From the NCBI RefSeq assembly GCF_009834535.1, contig NC_045696.1:104224001-104288000 (forward strand): a stretch of 64,000 bases of DNA. Reading direction: 5' to 3'. The notes beneath the pieces were generated by a model, which was given only the letters and a program-made list of their open reading frames with translations, did no database searches and was not told the origin of the DNA. Source of the DNA: Camelus ferus (Eukaryota). Positions 25,421 through 36,929 of this stretch are shown piece by piece (the first letter of the stretch is position 1; the number at the start of each line of letters is the position of its first letter). Both the position numbers and the translations under genes were made by a program.

Positions 25421-26089
25421 GTCATTGTGCACAGGGCTGTGAAAACCTAGTGCTGGGACATGGGGCAGGAGGCTCTGCAATGGTTCAGGCATAAGTTGAT
25501 AAGATCCTGACAAGGTAAAGTGCAATGAAATGAGAGAGGAAGAGAGGGATGCCAGAGACGTCAGGGTGGAAGGTCTACCAGGATCCCATGTCTGCCTGGG
25601 TAAGGAGGGGAAGGAGGGGGCACACGTGACTGATATTTCAAGTGGAGGTGAGTGAGGGCACATGTGGTGATGCCACTGGTTAATGGAAGGAAGAATGTTC
25701 ACTTTGTCCTTTCCTATCTCTGGCTCACATCTCCCATCCTCCCTGGGCCTGTGTCTGCAGTGGCTGCTCCTGCTGGTCCTCCTCCTGGACTTGCTTTGGA
25801 TGCACAGTTGTACCCTGCACGGCTGTCTCCATTCCTCACGTGCGCCACGTCTCTCCAACCAGATGGTCATCTCTGCGGGTTCAAGGACTGTGCTTTTCTG
25901 TGCAGAACTCCATGTATGCTTTTCATATATAAAGGGAATAAGGAGATGTTTGTTGATTAATTGCTAGATTAGCTCTTAAATTTCCTCAGAACCTTGGTGA
26001 GTCCTCCCTGGCCTGGCTGAGGTTTTCACAGCTATAATGTCAGGACCTGTAGACCCTGGTTTCTGGACCATCGATTTAGTTCTATTTCT

Positions 26090-27270
26090 TCTCAACTTTA
26101 TTGTGAAATAATTTATTTAAGATAAACCACATTCATTGAAAGTGTATGATTCAGTGAGTTTTATTCGTTATTTACATTCATAAAACCACTATCGTAATCA
26201 AGACAAAAAGCATTTTCATCATATTCCTGCCTCTTTGCATCCATCCCCCTTTATCCCTGGCCTCATGCAATCACTGATCTTTTTTTTTTTTTTTTTTTTT
26301 GGTCACTTAGAGAATAGTTTGTATTTTACAAAAATGGAATCAGGTAGTATGTGTTCTTTTGTGTTTGGCTTCTTTCACTCAGCATAGTGTTTTGAGAATC
26401 ATTCATGTTGTTGAGTGTATTAGCAGTCCATTCCTTTTTAAAAAAAATTACACTTTTACTTTTGAGATAATTGTAGAGCCACATGCAGTTGTAAGAAATA
26501 GTACAGAGAGAGCCTGTGTGCCTTTTACCCAGTTTCCCCCAGTGGTCACATCTTACAAAAATATAGTACACCATCACCAACAGGATAGTGACATTAATAG
26601 TCATCACAGGATGGCAGTCTCTCCTGTTGCCTTTGCTAGCCACACCCCCTTCCCTCTCACCGCCACCCCCATTTTAACCCCTAGCAACCACTAATCTGTT
26701 TTCCATATGTATAATATTGTTGTTTTCAGAATGTTGTATTAATGGAATTATTTATACAATAGTATGTAACCTTTTGGGGGTGCTTAAAAAAAAAGGACTT
26801 TATTTTTTAAAGCAATTGTAGGTTCACAGCAAAATTGAGTGGAAGGTAAGAGATTTCTCATATACTCCCTGACCTCACACAAGGATATTCTCCCACAACA
26901 TCCCCCACAGAGTGGTACTTTGTTACAACTGATGAACTTGTGTTGACACATCTTAATCACCCATGGTCCATAGTTTACGTGGGGGTTCACTCTTGGTGTT
27001 GTATATTCTCTGGGTTTGGATAAATGTATAATAACATCTTTCCACCATTATAGTATCATACAGGGTAGTTTCATTCTCCTTAAATCCTCTGTACTCTGCG
27101 TATTCATCTGCCACTCCCCTCTAACCCCTGGCAAACACTGATCTTTTTACTGTCTCCATAGATTGGCCTTTTCCAGAATGTCATATAGTTGGAATCATAC
27201 AGTATGTAGCCATTCTGGATTGGCTTTTGTATGGTAAGAGCATGTTTTGTTTTTTAAGAAACTGCTAAAC
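26090..27270 (-). mobile_element. Nested L1 3' UTR fragments (L1MB/MC-like)
   Basis: Three successive antisense L1 tails (TTTATTGTGAAATAA; TTTTGAGATAATTGTAGA; TAGGTTCACAGCAAAATTGAG) with ATGGAATCA and CTTTCACTCAGCATA motifs. Confidence 0.85.
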
Positions 27271-27279
27271 TTTCAGTTA

Positions 27280-27705
27280 GAGGGGACAAATTCATATCCA
27301 AAATACATATCTAGTCCAGCGAGAACATGTTGCTACCTGCTCCATGACGAAATGGGTGCAATGTAATGAACTTGCCACTAGGTGGCTGTCTAATCCCCTT
27401 AGGGAATTGTGCCACACTAGGGGCTTGGGGTTGGGCTCTGCTGTTGGTGAGTTAGACTTGCAGTGGTAGCCGTAGCTTGGTGAGCCTTAGTGAGGGGAAG
27501 TTCGTGTTGTTGAGCCTGTGTATAGCTGTCATCCCTGCCAACACACCCACTTCGTACATCATCTGTAGAGCAAACATTGTGGTGACTGATAGGCACGGAA
27601 CATTTCTTGTCCATGTTGTGAATGAAGAATCTCCCCTGTAGGAGATGTCCTTGGGTGAGCATTCACCAAGAATATCTTTCCATTCTGTGCCCATTCATTC
27701 CCACG
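27280..27705 (-). pseudogene. ERVL-type endogenous retrovirus pol fragment (RNase H end and integrase N-terminus), decayed
   Basis: Minus-strand translation GRDDSYTQAQQHELPLTKAHQATATT...QQQSPTPSP*CGTIP*GD*TAT*WQVHYIAPISSWSR*QHVLAGLDMYFGYEF aligns with the ERVL integrase pattern GRDGGYAWAQQHGLPLTKADLATA...WQVDYIGPL...GIDTYSGYGF; VNAH motif upstream; multiple stops. Confidence 0.88.
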
Positions 27706-27719
27706 TCTTTCACAAAATT

Positions 27720-28920
27720 GAGTACATTTTAGGTCACTATTCCTTTAAATATTTTTTTTCTGCACCAGTCTCTTCTAATTCTGGCACTCCAGTGTCACAA
27801 ATGTTAGACCTTCTGGTGTTTTTCCATGGGTTCTTGAGGCTGTACTCATTTTAAAAATCTTTTATTTCCTTCGTTGTTTGGGTCAGATAATTTCTCCTGA
27901 TCTGTGTTTAAGTTTGCTGACTCTTTCCCCTGTCATCTCTATTTGGCTTTTGAGCTCATTCATTGACCTCTAAATTTCACATATTCGTATTCTCCTTTTT
28001 TGTTCTCAAATTTTCATTATAAAAATAGTTTTTATTTTTCTGCTGATGATGTCTACCTTTCCATTTATTTCTAGAGTGTTTACCTTTACCTCATGGTGCA
28101 TGTTTATTTTAGTTCTTTTGAAGTATTTGTCTGATGATTCCAACATCTGGATCATCTCAGAATTGACATCTGTTGATTGTATTTTCTCTTAAGAATTGGT
28201 CACATTGCCCTGATTTTTTGTGTGCTGCGTACTTTGAAACATTATGTTGTAAATCTTTGGGTCCTGTTAAATTCTCTGCAGAATGTTGATTTTATAGTTT
28301 TAGCAGGCAATCTGATTGGGTTCACACTTCAAGTTTTTTCTTCTGTCTGTGGCAGTGGTTCCAGTGTTAATCTGAGTTTCAAAGTCTTTGTTATGCTGCT
28401 TTGGATCTGTTCCACACATGTCCTGATATGGGGCATGGGCAGTCTATGATATTGTAGTTCAGATTTCAGTCTTGGCTCTGATGCCTTCGGTTGATCTTGT
28501 GCATGGGCAACTTAGAGGTGATCGTGGGGCTTGTGATGGAATAAAGGAATCCCCTCTCCAGCCCTCTCCTCTCTAAAATTTCCTCCACACTCTTTTAGCT
28601 CCCAGGAGCCCCTTTCCCAGGCTCTCTGCTCTGGTTTTCTCTCATGTGTTTTAGGATCCCTGTCTGCTGCAAAGCTCTGCAGTGGCACTGCCTTCTGGTC
28701 AAAGTCAGAAGATAAAAGAGGGAAAAACTAGAGAACTCTTCCCTTGATATGGATCACTGTTTAGGTGTTGATTCCCTTCCCTAATCTACTTACTTTGTTA
28801 ACTTTTCAGGGTCTGCGAGTAGTTTCCTTTTTACTTTGTCTGAATTTTTAGTTGTAACCAGTGGGAGAGAAGGTTGGGGTGGACTTAATTCATATTGGCT
28901 GGCACTGGAATTTCCAGGCA
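27720..28920 (-). mobile_element. L1 ORF1/5' region remnant
   Basis: Antisense ORF1-like (TTTAAATATTTTTTTCTG...AAATGTTAGACC; TAAGTTTGCTGACTCTTTCC). Confidence 0.7.
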
Positions 28921-29124
28921 GTTGTGTCTTTAGAGATATTGCTAGGGCATTGGAGTATGCTGCCCAAGAGTTGAGTGTCTTTATTTGTGATTCTGAGCTA
29001 GTGAACAGAACAAGCTAGTGAGAGGGACCTAGAGAGAGTGTGTCACAGAGAAATAGAGGGGACTGATTTCCACAGAAGGCTAGAAGTGACTTTCTTTTTA
29101 TTTTTTTCCCTGCCGAAGTAGGTA

Positions 29125-30770
29125 TTTTATTTTATTTATTTTTATTGAAGTATAGATGATGTATGTTATTTTCAAGTGTACAATATAGTGACCTGACAAT
29201 CAAATGCATTCTAAAATAATCACCATGACAAGTCCAGTAACCATCTGTCCCCATCCAAATTATTACAGCATTACTGACAATATTTCTTATGCTATATATT
29301 TCATCCCCATAACTTATTTATTCCATAACTGGTGGTTTGTACCTCTTCTTAATCCTCTTCACCTATTTCATCCAACCCCTCACCTCTCTCCTTTCTGGCA
29401 ATGACCAGTTTGCTCTCTGTATCTATGAGTCTGTTTCTGTTTTGTTTTGTTTGTGTTTTTGTTTTTTATATTCCACATGTAAGTGAGATCATATGATATT
29501 TATCTTTCTGTATTACTTATTTCACTTAGCATAGTACCCTCTAGGTCAATCCATGTGCCCTAAATGGCAAGATTTCATTATTTTTTATGATTGAGTAATG
29601 TTACATTGTATATATATACCACATCTTTTTTATCCATTCACTGTTGGTGGACACTTAGGTTGCTTCCATCTCTTGGCTATTGTAAATAATGCTGCAGTGA
29701 ACATAGGGGTTCATATATGTTTTCAAATTAGTGTTTTTTTTTTTTTTCTTTTTAGTAACTACCCAGAGGTGGAATTCCTGGATTGTTTGGAAGTTCTATT
29801 TTCAAATTTTTGAGGAAACTTCATCTGTTTTCCATAGTAGCTACACCAATTTGCTCTCCCACCAACAGAGCATGAGGGTTCTCTTTTCTCTACATCCTTG
29901 CTAACACTTGTTTTTTCTTATCTTTTGGGTGATAGATATTCTGACAGGTGTGAGGTTATATATCATTGTGGTTTGATTTGCATTTCTCTGGTGATTATTG
30001 ATGTTGGGCATCTTTTTATATGTCTGTTGGCCATCTGCATTTCTTCTTTGGAGAAATGTCTATTTATGTCTCCTGCTTATTTTTTAATTGGATTGTTAGT
30101 GTTTTTTTTTGATATTAAATTGTGTGATTTCTTTATATAATTTGCATATTAACCCCTTATCAAATATATCATTTGCAAATATTTTCTCCCATTCAGTAAG
30201 TTGCCTTTTTGTTTTGTTGATGGTTTCCTTTGCTGTGCAAGAGTTTTTAGTTTGATGTAGTCTCATTTGTTTATTTTTGCTTTCATTGCCCTTGCCTGAA
30301 GAGACAGATCCCCCCAAAATATTGCCAAGAATGATATCAAAGAGTGTACTGCCTGTTTTTTTCTAGGAGTTTTATGGTTTCAGGTCTTACATTTAAGTCT
30401 AATCTATTTTGAGTTTATTTTTGTCTATTATGTAAGAAAATGCTCTAGTTTGATTCTTCTGCATGTAGCTGTCCAGTTTTCTTAGTATCATTTATTAAAG
30501 AGGCTATCTTTTCCCCAGTTGTATATTCTTGCCTCCTTTGTTGAAGAGTAATTGACTATATAAGTGTGGGTTTATTTTTGGGCTTTCTATTGTATTCCAT
30601 TAATCTGTGTGTCTGTTTTTGTGCCAATAGCATACTGTTTTGATTACTGTAGCTTTGTAGTGTAGTTGGAAATGATACTTCCAGCTTGTTCTTCTTTTTC
30701 AAGATTGCTTTGGCTAGATAGAGTCTTCTGTGGGTCTGTACAAATTTTAGGATTATTTGTTCTAGTTTTA
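29125..30770 (-). mobile_element. L1 (L1MA-like) 3' end with ORF2 C-terminal remnant
   Basis: ORF track 30096..30317 gives CTAKETINKTKRQLTEWEKIFAND..DKGLI..YKE, typical L1 ORF2; 30556..30825 gives LEQIILKF...[11 protein letters not shown]; frameshifted. Confidence 0.95.
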
Positions 30771-33234
30771 TGGGGTCTTTAGCTGTATCCCTCTGAATAG
30801 GTCCTGAAACTTCTGGTATGGGCATATATGATATTTCCTTTTTATAAGAGCAGGTAGCATGAATAATTTTAAATTCTTGTCCTTAAGTAAGATAGGTCAA
30901 AACCATTGGACTCTAGCTTGGAGGGTTTGCTGCATATCCACACTGGGGAGGGAGAACATTATTCTCATTTTCCTGTTTAAAGCACCTTTGTTTAGCAATC
31001 TTATTTATTTAATCTTTTGATACTCATGTAGTTTTAATTGAAAGGAATTTGTGTTTGACTTCTGCTCCTTGACAGAAATAAAGAAAAATATTAAAGAGAA
31101 ATGTGTTTTTTTTGACTCCCAAATAAGGCAAAAGGAAGTTGCAATTGGAGTTTGCCTTGAACCCACAATTTTTGCCCTTCCCCCCAACTAATACACAGAA
31201 TCATAACATTCAAGTCTGCCTTTTCCTGAGACAGTTTGCTTGGGCCTGTGGGGATTCAGCTGTAAGTTGCAGGCAATCCCTTTGTTACTGGCTTCAGTCA
31301 GTGAGGGAGAAATGTCAGAGCTGGAGTCAAAGACTTTTACATAAGGGAATACTCTGCTAGTTAGGGAAATGTTTGTGCAGAATGCAATCTTATTGCAAGA
31401 TATTGCTTGGATTTTGTTTTTGACAGATTTAATAGGCATGTGAGACCCCTTGGCCAATCTCTGTCACCTAGGGTTTTGAAAACTTTCATTTTATCCTAAT
31501 TAAAAATAATTGAAGTACCATTTAGTCCAGGGAGAGGGGCATCCTCAGGGTTGGTGGACCCTAAAGCATTAGACATATCTAAGCCTCACAAACTTTCATC
31601 CTTTCCCTGGGGTCCCTAATGAGGCAACACTTTCTTGTGGTAATCTTTTTCACTGAGGTCTCAAGCTTAAGGAAGAGCCATAATGAGTGTTTGGAGGAGG
31701 AAGTTAAGAAAAACTGTATCCATGCCTTTTTTTCTGACTAGACTAAGCAGCTTACTAATTAGGGTCCCTGGACAGCATGGCTCAAGCCATTTGGCACAGT
31801 CTTACCTATAGATTAAATCCCACCTTTACCCCCAAATAAAAGCCAGAGTGCCAACCAGGGGGCCAGTACTGGGAGGGGGCTTCTTGTAGTGGTCTAGGGT
31901 GTCCTGAGTCAAAGCCTAAAATCAACACCAAGACCATGGGGCCTCTCAGTGTTTATTTCCCTTTCTGTTTGTCATGGTTGTGGCTATAGAATTTGTTGTA
32001 AATAAACAACATTTTGAACCTGTAGCTTTCCTCATTTTATAGCTATAAGTATTACTCTAAAATATTTTATTATAAAAATAAAATGTGCTGAACGGTTAAA
32101 AAAAAAAAAGCACAACTTGGAAAGCACAAAAAGAAGGACATAAAAATGCACGAGTAATTGGACCACCCCAAGATAACCATGATTGGTATCTTGGTGAATT
32201 CCCTTCCTGGTATTTTGGTTGTAAATAAACAGTTGTTGAACTTGTATTTCAAGTGAGCTGACCAGGTGGTGGCTAGGTGTGAATCACATCAGCCAGGTGA
32301 GCCACCATCTAGAGCAGAGACCTCCAGCTGGAGTGGTGATTAGAGAAAACTTCAGGCGCATTTGCCCTCAGTAGACACTTGGTTGGTGGTCCGACCTTAT
32401 TTTGTCATCACCTTTGGCATGGAACACCTGATACTATTTGGACACCAGATCTGGGAAAGTAAATCCAGAATGACCCCATTAATAGAATAGCTCTATTTCT
32501 TGTGCACATCTAAGGAGGCTCACTTTCAAGTCAATGTCATTACAGTCACTCAGTGGGGGAGCATAATTCTCCAAGAATCTTCTGCCTTAAGACCTTATTA
32601 CAATGATGGGTGTAAAGAAATATCCATGAGACTTGCACATCAGAGGATAACAAGAACCCCAAACCATGACGTGTCCAATGAACTGTTTAATTGGAAAGGA
32701 TTTTATCGGAGACAGTGGCTGCCCTCCTGACTCTCCAACTATGATGGGAAACTATGGCGTGTCGGTCATCATCAGCGCTGCCCACAAAATGGCAGAATGA
32801 AATCATATAAATGCAAATTATGCTGTAATTAAAGAGGAAAGAGGCAAGAAGCAAAAACATTTAGCTGAGCATGGCCTTCAGAGTCCTCTGTTGCCTTTGG
32901 GAGTCCAGGAAGGCTCTGAGGGTTTGCTTTGAGATCATCCCCTTATGCGATTATCAGGGCAGGAGGTTAATGAAGAGAACTGCGGCAGTGGTTTTGAGGG
33001 AGCCAGCACAACATCATTTCAGGCTGACAGTTGCTGGGGGTGTCAGACTGATGGGATGCTGACCCCTCCTGTAGGGACAAGGGTGGGCTCCCTGTTAGTC
33101 TACTGTGTCTCCCCACCGCTGTCTGCCTTCCAGGGACCTAGCACTGGGGCTGATGGAAAAGGGAGAAAGGACAGGTGTGTTCTTCACATGGGGAGGCAGT
33201 GCTGACTATTTTCATGGGCTGTAATGACATCTAT

Positions 33235-33680
33235 TTCTTAATTTAGTTTTTCAATAGTTATAAAATTCAATACTAAAACAAAATAAAATAAAACAAGCAA
33301 AACTCCCCTTTTCCACCTTTAGTCCCCTCCCAGTCCCCCCTGCCCTCCAACCTCAACCACAGGAACTGCTGTTATTAGATTTCTGGATGTCCTTCTGGAG
33401 TACTTTTGTGATTATATGTGCAAACACTAATATGTACACCAATTTTCCTCCATGTTTATGTGGAAGGTAGCATGCTGTATTTTATACCTTGCTCTTTTCA
33501 TTTAATATGTCATGAGCCCTTTCCATCCCAGTCCATAGAAAGTATCTCTTTCCTTTTCTACAGCAGCATATCGCTCCTTGGGTGTACCATGCTCACTGAT
33601 CCTGGATTCATGAACATTTAGTTTAGTTCCATTTTTGCTACTACAAACACATGCCATTGTTTGATATGTCTGCTTTCCGT
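33235..33680 (-). mobile_element. Old L1 (L1ME-like) 3' UTR fragment
   Basis: ACTGCTGTTATTAGATTTCTGGATGTCCTT...TTGCTCTTTTCATTTAATAT...GAACATTTAG...TTCCATTTTTGCTA. Confidence 0.6.
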
Positions 33681-34149
33681 TGGGCTCTGAGCTCCACGAC
33701 GACTGTGTCCCAGGCCTTATTCATAAAACATAAAATAGTCTCTAACACATAGTGAGCTCTCAGTAAATGTGAGTAGGATTCAGTTAAATCGAACACCAAA
33801 GAATCCATAGAGGCAGCCAGGGTGAACACGGCTGTCAGCCTGCCCACTGGGGTGATTTTGGTAGGCCTGGTAAGACCTTCCTTTCCTCCCCCACTCAACT
33901 CCAGATCTTTTCAGGGTCTCTGGATGATACCAGGAATCCCTGTATTCCTTTCATCCTGTTAGCTTCCTGCCCTCACTTGTTAAAGAGCAAAAGCCCCACC
34001 CTGGTGTTTGCCAGTCACTGACTTCTCCCTGGGGTCTTTAGACCTCCCCCCCTCCTGTCCACATCACACATTCTGACCATTTACCAAGCAGAGGGACAGA
34101 CACCTACAACCAAGGCAAGTCATAAGTGACTTTCATTCATGCTGCCAGG

Positions 34150-34406
34150 TGGTCACTTTTCTGGTTGGTCCAGGGCCCCAGAACATAGACTCTGGACTCA
34201 AATCCCAGTTCTGCCACTTGCTAGTGTCTGTGGCATTGGGCAAGTCACTTCATCTCTGTGCCTTCATTTCTTTATCTGTGAGAGAGATACTTACCCTCAT
34301 ACCTACCTCACAGGGTTGTTAAGGGGATCAGTGAGCTGATGTATGTGGAGGACCTATGACAGCACCTGGCAGGCAGTCAGTGCTATGTAAGAGTTTGCTA
34401 TCGTTG
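34150..34406 (+). mobile_element. MIR SINE
   Basis: TCAAATCCCAGTTCTGCCACTTGCTAG...TTGGGCAAGTCACTT...CCTACCTCACAGGGTTGTT. Confidence 0.85.
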
Positions 34407-34852
34407 TTACTGGCCCTCCGGGCAGGCAGGGAAGTAGGGGGCTGCTCTCTGCTCTAAGTCCCTGCTAGCACTCCTGGGCTCACCTCTGGGGAGGGGTGGC
34501 ATGCTCCTTCCTGCTTTCCTGGGGCAGAAATTTTGGGTCACTAGTGATATCCAAGTGACACGTGCTCCTACCTCCTTTGTCACAAAGGAGGACTGCTTGC
34601 ATGGACTTAACTGGTATGGCACTCTCCTTTCCTGTGCTGCATCTGCCTTGTTCGTCTCCTGGGAGTGAGCACACGGATCTTTGATGAGTTTTGCTTAAGA
34701 GCAATAAAAAGTAGCCACAGCCTATTAATTTCATCACTTTCCAAGTTAGAAGGAAAAACCATGCTATGATGATAGCATAGGGTCCCATAGGGAGATTTGA
34801 TTGATGGTTTCCTGGGATGGGGAGGCAGAGGTGGTAAGATACATTCCATCAA

Positions 34853-35043
34853 TTTCTTCTTTTTTTTTTTTCCCAACTGAATTGACTGCTCATCTCTTTC
34901 TCTTCTTTTTCTTTTTGTTGGGGAGGGGGGTTAGGGGCGAGTGTAAATTAGGTTTATTTGTTTATTTAGTTGCGGTACTGGGGATTGAATCCAGGACCTC
35001 GTGCATGCTAAGCACTCACTCTACCACTAAGCAATACCCTCCC
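34853..35043 (-). mobile_element. tRNA-Ala-derived SINE (vic-1-like) with extended tail
   Basis: GGTACTGGGGATTGAATCCAGGACCTCGTGCATGCTAAGC...CTCTACCACT; TSD CATTCCATCAA at 34842-34852 and 35044-35054. Confidence 0.9.
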
Positions 35044-35599
35044 CATTCCATCAACTTTTTATAAAGCTGATGGTAAGAGAGACAAAAGATGTAAAAGATG
35101 CAGGCCTTGTTCCCCATGAGTTCTGATGTTTGCAGTGTGTGAAACAGCAAGAGCTAAGCATAGGCCATGTGAAACCAAGGCCAGTGGCCCCAGAATCCCT
35201 GCTGGGTTTCTGGCTACTTAACCATGTGTATTCCCTGAACGTAGGGTCCTCTGAACATAGAAGCATATTTCAATGCCTCTGTACCTTTGCTCTGAGTTTG
35301 ACCTGGAATTCCTTTGCCTCCTTTGCTGGCTAACTTCTGTGTTTCTTTTGAGATTCAGTTCAGGTATCTCTTCTTCTGGGAATCACTCCTTGTGAGCTAA
35401 TTGTCTCTCCTCTGTGCTCCCAGAATGCCCATGCTTGGCTCTATAAATGGAATGAAAACATTTTGCAGGATTACTTATACAGGTACCTGTCTGGTTTCCC
35501 ATGCCATGTAGCACCCATTGTTTAAAGAAAGAGGAACAAGCTATCCTTATTGGGAATTGTATAGGTGCACATGGGTAGACCCTCTGCAATGCCTTCCAG

Positions 35600-36150
35600 A
35601 CTTTCTAACAAGTGTCACTTGGGTTCTTGCTAAAATATAGATTCCTAGGCTCACTACAGAGATGATTCAGTTGATCTGGGGTTATGTATGGGAATCTGTT
35701 GTTTTACTTTGGGCCACAGGAGATTCTTATACTCTGGCTAGTCTGGGCAAGATTTGCAGAATAGTTAAGAGCTTAGGCTCTGGTCAGACTTGAATTTGAA
35801 TCTAGACTCTTTTACTTATTAGCTGTATGACACTGGACAAGTTACTTTACCTGTCTAAACAGCATTCTTCTCATCACTAAACAGGGATTATAGTAGCACG
35901 TACCTCAAAAGATTGTTATCAGTTTAAGTGAGGAAATGGATGGGAAATAATTAGCACAGCCCCTACACGTAACACATTCTACAAGTAACAGCTTGTTTAA
36001 TCCTCAGAATGACAATAAGTAGTAGGCATTATTGCATTTATCCTCATTTTGCAGATGAGAAAACTGATACACAGACAGGCTAAGAAGCTATCCAAGGTCA
36101 CACAAGCAGTGAGTGGCAGAGCTAGGCTTAACATCCAAGCAGTTTCTGCT
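35600..36150. mobile_element. MER5-like fragment followed by two tail-to-tail MIRs
   Basis: CTTGCTAAAATATAGATTCCTAGG (MER5-like); sense MIR ~35760-35960 (TTACTTATTAGCTGTATGAC..GGACAAGTTACTT); antisense MIR ~35980-36150 (CATTTTGCAGATGAGAAAACTGA). Confidence 0.75.
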
Positions 36151-36929
36151 GCAGTGGCCCGTGACAGGCTTGGTGACCACCAACATTGGGAGTGAATGGA
36201 GTGAGGCTTTAGGATACAGATCTTCCATATGTGTTGACCCTTTCCTTATAATGAGTTGGGAACCTTAATGTAATAGGTAATCTATTAGGACTACAAGGTT
36301 TTCCTTAAAGACTGAAAGAGATAAATTTAGAATGGAAAAAGGCCTTTATGGACTGGAAGAAATTCAAGGAACTCATTGTTTTAGGCCAGTAATAGGAATA
36401 GTCTTAAAAGAAGTAAAATCCCACAGTAACAGACCTCTGAGAGGCCACTGAGGGTGAGTTTTGGTTGAGGTATTGGCATCATTGTGTGTGACCAAATTTC
36501 TCAGCACATGAACTTTCCTGTCATGACATCAGCCTTCTGATTTCTAGGGTTATATCCTTTCTGCTCATGTGAACTGAGCAACAGTGTCTGAGAACCTTCA
36601 CCTAAGACCAATTCCAGAGTTTTCCTTGGTAATGGAAGTGGGAAGGATAAGATGGAAAAGGATGTATACAAAATTTTGCAGCAGAAATGAACAGGACAGA
36701 GGTTTTTGCTTTTGATTGGAATGGTAAAGGATGAAAAAGACATTCACTATCACTATTAAAGAAGTCATCTGCTAAGCCACAGAATCATTCATATCTTTAA
36801 AGCTGTCAAAGAGCTGTGAGTGCAAAAAAATTTAAAAGAACTCAACTCCAGAGAGATCAGTTCTTTCCAGGTGAGCAAAGGACAGAGGAAGCTTTCAAAC
36901 CTGGGGTCAGTTGCTGAGGTTGGGGCATT

